The notes beneath the pieces are model-generated. The model did no database searches, had not been told where the DNA came from, and saw only the letters and a list, made by a program, of their open reading frames with translations. From Cyanophora paradoxa CCMP329 (lineage: Eukaryota; Plantae; Glaucophyta): a DNA stretch of 64,000 bases. A program made the translations under genes and the position numbers. The stretch covers positions 62,001 to 126,000 of the forward strand of contig QPMI01000514.1 in assembly GCA_004431415.1 (NCBI GenBank), given 5' to 3'. Shown piece by piece: positions 11,729 through 23,330 of this stretch (its first letter is position 1; each line of letters opens with the position of its first letter).

Positions 11729-12520
11729 CCGCCGCCCTTCGCCCCAATCTGACGCTCGCGCAGCGGCTGAGGCGGCTGCCAAGGGGAAGTGCCCCTCCTC
11801 GGCCGGGGCCCCGCTGGCTGGTCTGAAGGAGCGGCCGTCGCCGCGCCCCCGCAAGGGCTGCCTGGCGCCCAGCAAGCCAGCGGCCGCGGAGGCGGATGGC
11901 GGGCGGTCGGCGGCGGCGGCCGAGGCGCCGGCGCAGCGGCGGCGGGTCGCCTTCGCCGCCGACGTGGACGCGACGGAGGAGGTCGATCTGGAGGAGGCCG
12001 AGCCGCCCGCCGCCGTCGCCCCTCCCGCCCCTGCCGCCGCCGCCGGCGCCACGGCGCGCGCCTGCTTCTGCGGCCAGGCTCGCCCCCCCTCGCCCTTGGG
12101 CCGCTTCGCGCTGAGCGTAGGCCTGATGGGGTCGGGGGCGCAGCCGAACCAGGGCCTCATGGTCTCGTGCGCGTCGTGCGCGCGCTCCTTCCACTGCTCC
12201 TGCCTCTCGCGCTCCGGCAGGCCGCTCCCCCTCGGTGCCCCCCGCCCCGGCCCCGCCTCCGCTCGCGCTCCTTCGCCCGCCTCACGCCCCATTTCCCAGG
12301 CGGCCGCCTCTACGTCTGCACCTCCTGCGGGCCGGGGGCGCCTGCAGCTGCGGCGCCCGCAGCGGCCGCTGCGGCGGGCTCCGAGCCATTCAGCCGCAAG
12401 CGCTCCTCGAGCAACGACGCGGCCGCCGCCATCCCCGCCTCCGCGCTGCTGCCCGCAGGGCGCCCGGGCCCCTCGGACGGACCCAAGAAGAAGCAGAAGG
12501 TGGCACGCCTATCTTTCTGA
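9191..12520 (+). CDS. Long coiled-coil protein with poly-Pro linker, C-terminal PHD finger and NLS (multi-exon)
   Basis: E/A/R/K-rich heptad exons at 9280-11600. PHD is CFCGQ|PNQGLMVSCASCARSFHCSCL...YVCTSC (C4HC3). Ends PKKKQKVARLSF*. Confidence 0.75.
10794..10846. repeat. Intronic (GATCY)n microsatellite
   Basis: gatccgatccgatctgatctgatttgatccgatctgatctgagctgatc. Confidence 0.8.
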
Positions 12521-12767
12521 GCGCCCTCTCCAACCTGCGATTGCCATTCGATTCCTGTACCCCCGGTGGTTTTATTTCGCGTTTCACCGTATATACGCAG
12601 GCGCATGTATATGTTTTCAGTTCGTGGGCGCGTATATGTAGCGTCCGACGTTTCGCCAGCTGCAGGCATGGGCTTATCTTCGTGCTGTACAAGTGCTTTT
12701 GAGTGCCTGTAGATTGCTGCAGCTGCAGTGTTTAGCGCCGATCTCCGGACGCCCAGTATACGCACTT

Positions 12768-14774
12768 TTTTTTTTGGTGAATTACCGGCCACAGTCTCTA
12801 GACACCAGCACTGCGGGGGCTGCCCAGGGGGCATAAAGACAAAAAAGCAAAATAACTAAGACAAGAGCACGAAGAAAGATAAGACAAAGAGCCAAAATCG
12901 ACAATAAAAAAGGAAAGACACAGAGCTCGAAACAGATCGATAGCGAGAAGAGACGATAAATCGAGCAGATCTAGGGACAGAGGAGAACTGACACGAAGAA
13001 GAGCCAGAGCTAGAGATACCATCAATATCAGAAGGAATTACATCACTAAGAAGCGGGGACAAAATTGAGAAAGATAAATAACAGGAAGAAGACAAGTAAG
13101 AGGAACAACAAGACGACATGGAGGCGGAGGCGAAGCAGGACGATGCGAAAGGGCAGAGCTACGGCACGAGGTCGAGGAGGACACAGGAGGCGGAGCAGGC
13201 GGATCAAGAGCAGGCAAAAGGACAGTCAAAGGAATCACTAAAGCCGGCCGGGGTCGAGGCGGGCAATCGAACTGCAAACGACGGCGAACAACAGGTCGAG
13301 CACGAGGACTATAGCTAGTATTGAAACTAACTCTAGCATCAACACTACGATCAGAATCCGAACCAGACCGAACTAAACTAGAAGACGAAGAAGTACGCCG
13401 GCGCCGGCGGGATACGATCGCGACCAGCGAAGCAGAAGACGAAGGCAAAAGCGGCAGTCCGGTATCAAGAACAAAGGCCGGAGGGTCCGGCCCGGCAAAC
13501 CGCCGGAGGGAAGTAGAAGGAGCCGCAGGCTCGGCAAGCCGGCGACGGGTACGTCCTCGAGTCCGGGAGGAGATCGGGGAAGCCGGTCCCGGAGCTGAGG
13601 GCCCAGGAGCAGAGCCAGGAGAAGGTAAGCCCGGCGAGAAATCTGACCCGGAGCCGGAACCCAGCGAACGACGACGACGAAAAGGCCCCCGAGGAGCCAC
13701 GACGGGGGAGCTACCGAGCAAAGTACTGACAGCCGGCGCCGAACACGGCGGCGGAGGTACCCCACAGACAGTGGCAGGCGGAGAGTCCAGGATCGATCGA
13801 GAGATCCGCCGACGGGAATGCGGCGGGGGCCGACGAGACGGAAGAGGCGAGGAGGGAGCCGAGAAAGGGTCGGAGGCAGGGGAAGGGCCGCGAGCAGGTG
13901 ACGGGGATCGCTGCCGGCGCCGAAGAGACGGCAGCGAAGCAGGAGAAAGGTCGGGTGGCGCCGGATCAGATGACACGGAGGTCATGGCCATGGGCGGCGC
14001 AGAGAGAGACGAGCTCGAGGGCGCAAGGGCCCGACGAGGGCGCCGGCGGCGAATCTCACGAGCGCCAGGAAGCGGGATAGGACCCGCAGATGGGACCCGA
14101 GGCGCCGAAGGGGAGCAGGGAGCCGGAATGACGGGGAGACCGAAAAGAGGACAGTCTCGCCAACACTCGGAAGCGGGCAGAGGCTGAGGACCCGGAGCTC
14201 GAGGGGGGAGGGAGGGCGGAGGAGGAGAGAGAAGGCGGCTATTCGAAGGGTATGGAGAATCGAGAGCGGAGGCGAGGGAGGCCGAAGTGATGGCGAGCTC
14301 TGGAGGCGAGGGGCCTGCAAGCGGATCCGGGAAAGTGGATGCAGACGCAAAGAGACCGGGGACGTAGAGGCGGGAGGGGCATGCAAAAAGATAGTGCCGC
14401 CCAGCGTCACAGTTGCAGAAGCGGGGGCAAGAAGGATGGGCTGAAGAGGGGGCTGAACCAGGAGGACGTCAGAAAGAGGGCCTCGCAGGGGTGGAAGTGG
14501 AGGAGCAAGGGGAAGAGGTAAGAAGGGGTATGGAGCTGCAAGATGACCAGGGACCTGCCGGGGAACAGGCAAGTGAAGAGGCCCCGTGACAGCAAGTTGT
14601 AAGGAGGGAGGAGGCAGAGGCGGGGCCAGAGGGCCAAGGAGCACAGGGATCGGGACCGCAGGGAATGGGGGGAAAGGAGCGTCGAGAGGGGCAGCGAGAG
14701 CAGGAAGAGGAATGGGCCCAAGGGTCACTACAGGGGCCAGAGCAGGAGGGGACGGCGCAGGAGGCGGGCGACCA
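12768..14774 (-). mobile_element. ~2.0 kb non-LTR retroelement insertion (5'-truncated LINE or non-autonomous) with poly(A) tail and 15-bp TSD
   Basis: TSD ccagtatacgcactt at 12753-12767 and 14775-14789. T-run 12766-12775 is the poly(A) on the minus strand. The 3' end is shared with 3611-3868. Only Pro/Ser-rich ORFs are present; no RT motif seen. Confidence 0.88.
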
Positions 14775-15607
14775 CCAGTATACGCACTTGCTCTTCGTCT
14801 TTTCTGCGAGTTTTCACGAGTGTATGTAGTTATTTGGAAGGTGTTTATTTAGTTGTAGCTTCTCGAAACCAGTCTAACCTTTCTGTGTCTCCCCCACACA
14901 TGGTGCCTTTCGATTTCCGGATCTTAGCGTTCGAATGACAGTGCTAGCTATAGTACAGATCATGATCAGCTGTACATGTGTGCAACGATGCGTCGACCAT
15001 GCATATGGCCATAGCTTTCCGAGGGATCCATATGCGCGCACATACCGCATGCGCAGTGCGCATATGCATGCCTTCTTTCTTTTCCATCGCCCTCGGCCCG
15101 CGAATACCTCGAATTTGAACGCGAGGCGTAGGCCCCGAGGAGCCCGCGGCCTCCGTGCCCATGACCACTCGAGCTCCGCCCTAACCATAGCGCTAGCTAT
15201 AGCTTCCACAATCGCGAGCTCCTGCCTCCAATATCGATATCGATATCGCTGTCCCCTAAGCCTGCAGCTGCCGCCGCGCGCGGTGCATGCCGAGCTGGCT
15301 TTGCAATTGCCAGGCTGACCGTCACGCCCCCTGCCCTCTCCCCCCGCCCCACGACCCCCGGAACCCGCTTTTGCATTCCGGCGACGCGTACGGGCTCAAA
15401 TATAATCCCCCGGATCATGATCGGACTTCCTAACGCATACATGGTATGCTCAATCTAATTGCTCAGATCGCCACCGGGGCTAGCGCGGATGCACTATGTC
15501 TCCGCAGCTGCAGCTGATCCCTACGATATTAATTAAAGAACGGTCGGCTGCATGCAGATGCCGAGCCACGATGGCTCGGCGGCTCATTGGGTCAAGATCG
15601 GAATTGA

Positions 15608-18419
15608 TCAGGCGGAGGGGACGGCCTCGGCGGCGAGGCCTAGGGCCGCCTCGTCGGCCTCGAGCGCCAGCGCCTCGAGCGACTCCGCCGCCGCCAGCAC
15701 CTGCGCCGCGCCCCGGCCCCCCGGGCCCGCGCCCGTCAGAGGGCGAAAGGCGCGGCAGAGAGGCGGGCGGGCGGGGCGGCGGCCCGCCTCGTCGTCCACT
15801 GCCGCCGCCTCGCCCTCGTCCACGGAGGCCGCTGCGCTCGCGGGCGGGGCGCGGCCGCGGCTCCGTGAGCGGCGAGCACGATCGCGGACACCTCGCGTGC
15901 AGATCGGGGCAGAGCGCACTATCGCTGTCGATCGAGAACGCGTAAGTCGTCGCGTACAACGTGTCATAGTAGCCAGCCGGGGCGTATGGGTTGGCAGCAG
16001 GCGTAGGAGCCCAAGCCTTGTACAAGGCCCAGGACGGCACATAATACGTTTCTTCGAACGACTCCAAGCTGGCGTGTGGCTTTTCCACGGTCACAGCACC
16101 AGGAATCGCGTAAAAGTGATTGCTCTGCGGGGGTTGAGACAGGTTATAGATCACTGCAATGCAAGAAATGACGCTCGCTCGAGGCCTAGGCCTAGGCTTA
16201 CGTTCACATCCGTTGTGCACGTTTGTCTGCCACAATATCGTGAGATCAAGCGTGGCTTTTTTGCAGCGATATCGCAGGGTCACTCACAGCGTGGGAGGAT
16301 TCTCGGAATGTGCTTCGACGCAGAGAGTCGGCGAGCTGAGGAACACCATATTCGTGGCGGTCCCAGGACCATCATTATCATAGTCCTTATCCTGGCGAGA
16401 GGCGATTGCGATTAGGAATTGAAATTAAAAGGTCGCTGTGTGCTCGGGTGCGTTGCAAAGTTGCGGTCGCGCACGCTGGGGACAACAACATCTCTGACAG
16501 GCGCATCTGCGTGCAGGCTGAAGATGAGGTTGTAATCCGCGGACACCGTAGTCGGGCTGGTCCACGTCACGAACGATGGGTCCACAGCGCCCAACGTGTC
16601 ATTGACTTCGGCTTTAAGTTCGTCGGCACCTGCGGGGCGAGACAGTGCGGAGGATGTCCTCAGCTATGATTAACTTTAATTCGAGTGCATGCAGGGGTCG
16701 GTTGAACGCATTATTATAGCCGTTACTCACCTCCCCAGGTTGAAAGAACCTTGCCAGTGCCCCAATTGACCAAAATGTCTCCATCGGACCCGTTCGAAAC
16801 GCTGACCCAGAGTTGCGAAGGATCGTAAACTGTGCACGTAGAAGCGCGCGCGTTATGATCGTAAGATCAGCTCCGATCCCGGCCAGCAGCCAGTTACATC
16901 ACTTAGATTTACAAGCCGAACGCGTACGTCACGTACGTTGAAGCGCTAATGGTTAGATATCGCTATCCATATTTAGACGCGGAACGCGCTTACGCACATG
17001 CGCGCACCTGTCTTTGAGGAGTCGGTCAAGTAATCATAGATCTCTCCTGTTTTGCACGGCCTGAAAACGACCTGGTCGCCGTCCTCCGTCAGGCAGTTTC
17101 CAGCATGATACCCCTCCGCCAGCTTGATGGCCATGCCGCCAGTGTACGCCGTAGCAGGCGCAGGATTTGTCCCCGGAACGGGAGGTGGGACGTATTTTTC
17201 GATCATGATAGAAGTCTGTTCGTGCGGGACGGGCTTCGGTGGCATTTTCAGCGCGTCCGCGGGGGCGGAGAAGAAGTGATTGTCCTGCCGCAAAGCAACA
17301 TCATGGCATGCACGCGTCGACGTCATGCATATGATCATGATCAGCTGCACGGCATCAACAATATCATGTTAAATCCTATGATGTTATTGGCCATATGCAT
17401 GGCACAAGCCTCGCGATCGGCCGGGAAAAGATCAATAATGTTAAAGCCCAGCCTAACAGAATGCAAAGCGTATACTGTGAATTCGCCACAAATTGTACAT
17501 GTATAATATAAAAATGAAGCTCACCGCGAGATCGCGTGAGCACACTTGCCTGCCGCGTGAGCGCACGAGCGCGTGAGCTTAAGTTTCAAGATTTACGGGA
17601 ATATTTGAATCCCACTCACAGCGTCGGGCGGTTCCCGTTGCCTTCTCCTGCGACGCAAAGGGAAGCGGCATTATTGAAACGGAAGGTTTTCGCATCCGAG
17701 CCGTCCTGTAAAGTGCGCGGAAATGTCAGCATCGCTTGCGACTGCGAATCCGGAAGAAAGTACTTGACTCTCGTGCACCGGAAGTAGGACGTCTCTTAGG
17801 AAAGAATAGAAGCCGACGGATTCCTGCTCGGAGGCGAGGACAGTGTTCGAATCCATCCACTCGTTCACTGTGACGGTCGACAGCAGATCCAGCGGCTCGT
17901 GCCTCGTGTCGTCAACCCCTGCGATTGCGAAATGGCTTCATAAATATTACAATTTACGCGCGCGTGATCTCGATCATCTAATTATAAACTTGAATATTAA
18001 TTGGTCGAGCGCTAGCGCTGGCAACGCGACATCATCGACAACGTGGCGCGCACCGCCCCAGGAACTCAGAAGTTTGCCGGTGCTCCAGTTAACGAATCCC
18101 TTGCCGCCGCTCTGAACGTTGACTTCGCTCCAGAGCTGAGTCGGGTCGATCGCTGCGCGTCCAAGTGCGTACGCGTGCGGCGCGGGAGTCAACGGGGAGC
18201 TGAGACTGTTGGGGAATAGACGAGCAGGCCGGGAAATATGCAATCGAGCAGGGTTGCGCACTATACGAAACTTTCCCCGCGGTGTCCGTGGCGGTGCCGA
18301 GCAGGCACGGGCTGAAGGTGACGTGGACGCCGTCGTCCGTGAGGCACCCGTCCGTCTCCTCCGCCGATCGGATGTAGACGCCGCCCCTGTAGACCGTCGT
18401 CGGCGAGATCGTCGGCTCG

Positions 18420-18460
<41 letters not shown>

Positions 18461-21273
18461 GGTCGGGGTCGGCTCGATTGTAGGCGTCGGGGTCGGCGTA
18501 ATTATAAGCTCGGTCGTCGTTTCGGTCTCCGTTACCGTCGTCTGCTCCGGACTCTGCTCAGGAATCACGACTCCGCCGCTCGCCGGATCCAGCGTCGGCG
18601 CCGGCGCCGGCGTCGGATCGCCCAGGGGGCACTTCAGGTCCGTCGGGACCTCACAAGTACCGTCGTCCCTGTGACAAGGAAAAATCGGAAATCGCGGGTT
18701 TGCGCAGCGATTTATATAGACATAATTAATAAGTTGAAAATTAAAATCGATCGCGAAGGCCTATTTATACAACCTACATCTATAGCTCTAGATCTACAGA
18801 CGCGATCGCGATGCGCACCGGCACATGCTCGTGATTTGTGCCGTGTAGTTGACGCTAGGGCCTTCGACAGGCAGGCATGCGCCCTGTATAATGCGCGCGG
18901 ATCATGAAAGAATACAGCGACACGACTTGGACAGCTGCACCGTGATGCAGGACTTGGGGCCGGGGGCCAAGGTCTTGAAATCGGGGTGTACGCTCATCGA
19001 CCTACAAAGGATCGCAACATTGTTAAAGGACATATACACATAAACATTTAAAATTTACAAATTAATGTGAACGTTAACGCACCCGGGAACGTATTTTTCA
19101 GGCACGAAGACCTGAGATTTGTCGGTCCGCGTCTCCGAGGATTCAACCTGGAATCAAGCCTCATGATCAGAGTACAAATAAGCACGGTAGCTGTTGACAT
19201 GATCAGCATGCGCAGCGAGCTCGAGCCGCGAACCCGCGTGCCGGTGATCTTGCTAGTGGGCGTGAGGCTCGGAGGCCCGTCGGGGAGCTCGGTGCTGCCG
19301 GGCAGCGGCGTCTGCACGAGCCCCCGGAGATTTTGAACGAGAGACAAACTTGCGAATCTCAGCGGGGGCGTTGACCTGGACGGGATTGACGACCTCCGAC
19401 TCGGAGTGCCCGGTCTTGGTGGTCGTCTCGCGGTCCTCGCGCGCGTGCACCTCGTACCGCCCAACCTGAGCGCCGCGAGGGCCAGAATTCGAAGTTACGA
19501 ATGAAGCTGTAAGGTGCGATATTTAATTTTATAATTAAGATGATATTGATTCGCTGGTGTTCACCTCGAGACCTGCGCAAGGAAAAACGAGGGAACGAGC
19601 GTCATGAACCAAGCTTAAGCGTGTGAGGTTTCACGGAAACTGCAGCGGCCGCTCGCACCGGGCTTGGCGTACTCGCCGATGTTGAAGCCCCCGTCGAGGA
19701 ACGTGTAAGGACCGACGCCGCTGATTGTGCCGGTCTGCCCACGTGCGGCTTCAATTCAGCGCAACGCTGCAATGAAGTTTGCAACATGCAACATGCAAGT
19801 GGCAGCACCTCCGTCTTAGAGAACGTTCCCTTCTCCTCGACCGTGCGCTGGAAGTCCTTGTGCATGTTCAGGTCGTAGGTGAGCGTGTACGGGATCGTTT
19901 GCACGTCCTGTGAGCCACTATGAGCGTAGAGAATTCACACAATAAACATTACTGTCTAGCCCCGAAAATTGATTATCACCTTGGCGAGCGCGACGCCCCC
20001 GAGAGCGATGTGGGCGACTTCCTCCGGATTGAGGCTCTGCGCCCATCGGACAGTGTCAGCAAGCGCGTGACTGCCGGCTCAGCTCCGATAATTCAAAGGA
20101 AGCTGCGCTGCAGTCCGCATCCGCCGGCCGCACACCGTGTCGAGGGCGTGGGCGCTGAGGAGCAAAGAGTCGATCTGGCTCTTCACTGCTTCGTCGGTGA
20201 AGATGGACAGGTCGGTGAGCGGCGTGTCCTTCTCCACTGAGAGTGTGTGCAGGTGCGCATCGAAGCTGCAGCGTCGATATCGAATATTAACTACATAATG
20301 GCGTTGCGTGCGTGCATGAGGTCGCGGCCGGCAAGCTCACCACTGGCCGGAGCCGGAGCATGCCTGCTGCGCGGCCGCGTATGTGATCACCTCGTTCTTC
20401 GTGGTCGTGGTTGTCAGACCCTCCTGGGTCCACTCGCCCGGGGCGCCCGGGGCGGGGAGCCGCTCCGGAGACGAGGGGACTTTCGAGGTCTGGCTCGAGG
20501 ACGTGCCGTTGAAGGACTCGGTCTTCTCGTCGCGGGTCCAGGTGATCTTGTCCTCGGCCGGCGTGGGCGTGTACGCCGAGGAGCTGCGGTCACGCGATTA
20601 CAACTGAGAACCATCACTTGGAAACCGTTTGTTCGCGTTCGTGCCTGATGGGGGCCTCCTTGCCGTAGTAGATCTCAGTCGGCGTGACTTGCTGGCGGAT
20701 AACATACTTGCCTGCGGATCCGGACGGGTTTTTAACACTCAATCTGAATCGAAGCGGCGCGCGGGCGCGAATTCGAACCGGTCTCAGTGTAGCTGTCAGT
20801 TGCGTCGAAAGTCTTCGTCTGCTTGTACGGGTCCGTGTACCTGGGCGATTCATGTTTAGAAGAGACCGTACGTCAACCTGATCATGAGGACGTCGGTTTA
20901 ATTAAAAAAACATTTCTGACGCACTTGTAGCCCTGGGTCTTGGTGCCGCCCATGGAGTAGGGCCCTGTGCCATTGTACTCGGCGGAGTTCACGCGGATCT
21001 TGCCGACCTCAGTGAAAGGAAGCTCGTAGGAGCCCTGCGGTGCATGCAACGGGCGCCGATCACCAGGTGCTCAAAGTAGAAGAGGCGGCGGCGGGCGGGC
21101 GCGGTTTGAACGGCGGGACGACGCACGGCTTCGATTGTGACGCCAGGCGAGGCGTTGAGCTCGTTGCAGGGACCCGAGACAAAAGGAACCGCGCCGGAAG
21201 TGGGGTCCGAGCCGCCGGAAGTGGGGTCCGAGCCGCCGGAAGTGGGGTCCGAGCCGTCGATGATGGTGCCCAT
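15608..21273 (-). CDS. Large multi-exon protein: Thr/Ser-rich beta-type N-terminal region, PT linker, two ricin-B-like beta-trefoil lectin domains, acidic C-terminal tail
   Basis: Two homologous repeats: GCLTDDGVHVTFSPC..PTQLW..FVNWSTGKLLSSWG..LCV..RPTL|QVC..DNHFF and NCLTEDGDQVVFRPC..PSQLW..LVNWGTGKVLSTWG..LCV..PPTL|QTC..SNHFY (QxW motif, Cys pairs), with matching intron positions. Start MGTIIDG at 21273; stop at 15608. Confidence 0.72.
18423..18499 (-). repeat. Coding hexamer repeat giving a (PT)n linker
   Basis: (ggcgtc/ggggtc)n, translated TPTPTPTIEPTPTPTPTPTPTPTPTP. Confidence 0.9.
21193..21255 (-). repeat. 3 x 21-bp coding tandem repeat (GSDPTSG)x3
   Basis: gccggaagtggggtccgagcc repeated three times, perfect. 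Confidence 0.95.
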
Positions 21274-22149
21274 AGCGCTCGCTCCGGATCAATTGAAGTG
21301 TTTCAATACCCCCTGGTACCTGAGGGAGCGCAAACGCAGAAGCCCAGCGACTCAGCGGCTGGACTCCATCATCGCGTCGACTTCTAGATGCACCTTAACG
21401 AATCTATAGCTAAGACTCAAGGCGAACTCGCGGCGATGCTGACGCACGCGTCTGCAGTCCCAGACCTAGATCTGCGTCAGATTCGGCGAGGCGGCCGAGC
21501 TAATTATATAATTATAATAAATAAGGAATTGATCATGCATATGACAGTGACATAGATGAGCCCCTGGCTAAGCTTAAGCTTCGCTTCCCGGCGCGGCCGG
21601 CAGCGGGGCGGCGCGGTAAAATCTACGCCTCCGGACTGCCTCAGTGCGCCGCATCGCCGCCCAGTTACACCTATATATATGCATATGCCTGTTCGAAGAT
21701 GCGCCGGTGCTGCGGCGCTGCCTATGCCACTATATATACCTACGCCGGCAGCGGGGCGGCGCATGTGCACCTGCTTCAACCTCGGAGCAACAAACACTCA
21801 AGCTCGTCTGGAGCGGCAGCGCAGCTGTCCGAATTGAACGATGCTCGACGCGGCGGTTGTAAGCGACTGGCTGCAGAGATGACGACGTCCCGGTCCGACG
21901 GTCACGGGTCGACGCGCGCGTCGCCACTGACGTCGACTCGAGCTCGCCAGCGCTCGCTGGAGTCGCTGCAGTGCTGCTGCTATACTCCTGCTGAGTCCTG
22001 CAGGGCCAGTGCAGGCCGCCGGGCCGCAGAACTGTGACTCTAGTCTGTGAGCCCTTGACCAGTCGCGACGTCGACTCGCGATCGGCGTCTCGGCGATCGA
22101 TATCGACTCGGCGACGATCGCAAACTTGAAAGTGCAACTCACCCTATCG

Positions 22150-22440
22150 CGTGGTACGAGTCCGTACGACGCGTACCGTATACGTAGGTCCGTAGCCGAC
22201 TCGGCGTACCGTAGCGAGGTCCGTAGGCTCCGTAGCAGGTCCGTAGGACCGTAGGTCCGGACTCCGTAGCCGACTCGGCCGACTCGTACGCCGCCAGGTA
22301 CTCAGTGACTAGCGAAGTACTACGGTAGTAACGGTACTAGTAGGCTAGTAGTAGTATGTTCGGCGTTGTTCGCGATCCGATCGATCGCGATGATCCGATG
22401 ATTCCGATCATCGATTCCGATGATCATGATCATGATACAG
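22150..22440. repeat. Low-complexity arrays of short words (CCGTAG/GTAC, then GATC)
   Basis: Dense ccgtag/gtac/gactc repeats at 22150-22350 and (gatc/tcgat) repeats at 22372-22435. Confidence 0.65.
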
Positions 22441-22721
22441 TGTTTTTTCTAGTATCATGTTCGGTTCACTGGCACGGTTAACCCGGTTAACGTTCGAATT
22501 CGCACAATCATTTGCATGGATCACCAATCGAGTTCGAAAAAATATGTCGCGACTCCGAGTCTCCGATCGCTACAGTCGCGAATCTCTGCGACTCGCGAGC
22601 TCGTAGTCTCGCTCCTATCGGCGTTTTTTTTCATATGCAAGCCTGCGATCGGAGTTCATGCAACTTAATTATGATGCAAGCCTGCGCTGCGATCGCCGAT
22701 CGGAGCCGAGCGCTCAGCGGC

Positions 22722-22904
22722 TAGAGATGGGGCTCGAGCCGAACCGGCTCGAGCCGGGCCGGGCCGAGCCGATCGCGAGGGTCCGGCCGGCTCGAGCCGG
22801 ACCTCTGGCCACGCGGGCCGGCTCGAGCAAGCCAGCAATATATAGAGCAAGCTCGAGCCCGGCTCGATCGCGAGCCGCCGATTTGCGCTCGAGCACCATC
22901 TCTA
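22722..22904. mobile_element. MITE-like element, 183 bp, 18-bp TIRs
   Basis: TAGAGATGGGGCTCGAGC ... GCTCGAGCACCATCTCTA (17/18 match). Internal GGCTCGAGCC subterminal repeats. No TSD recognised. Confidence 0.7.
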
Positions 22905-22981
22905 CTAGGCTAGTACTAGCTATAGCTAGTCTAGGCGTATGCCACTCGCGATCGGGATTCGGGAGTACTAGTCCCGACTCC

Positions 22982-23330
22982 TGTGCTGCCCACTTTCCGA
23001 CTCCCAGCTAGCCCTGGTCGTCGGCTCGAAGCCGGCAGCTTGCCTTGCCTTGTACCCTTTGTAGCCTGCTATTCCTGGTGCCACGTTGTTGCCAACTGGC
23101 CCGCTTATTTTAGCCCTGGGCCCTCGCTTGCCCTGCGCGGCGCTTGCTTGCTGTCTTGTCCCTGTTCTCTGTACTTACTGTCTTACTATCTGTCTTACGC
23201 TGGCTCTGCGCCTGCTGTGTACGTAATGGCACCCGCTTGCCGTCGCCCTACGGTGCTGTACGGGCCTGTCCCTCTCTGCTTGGGGCGCCTCTGGGCCTAG
23301 CCAACTGCTTAGCGCATCCCGCTCAGCGCA
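22982..23330 (+). repeat. 5' LTR
   Basis: Direct repeat of 25716-26064; both give the same 105-aa ORF translation. Confidence 0.93.

Noticed and set aside
22983-23300. Duplicated 105-aa ORF (also 25717..26034)
   Set aside because: It lies entirely within the LTRs, has a non-ATG start and shows no protein motif.
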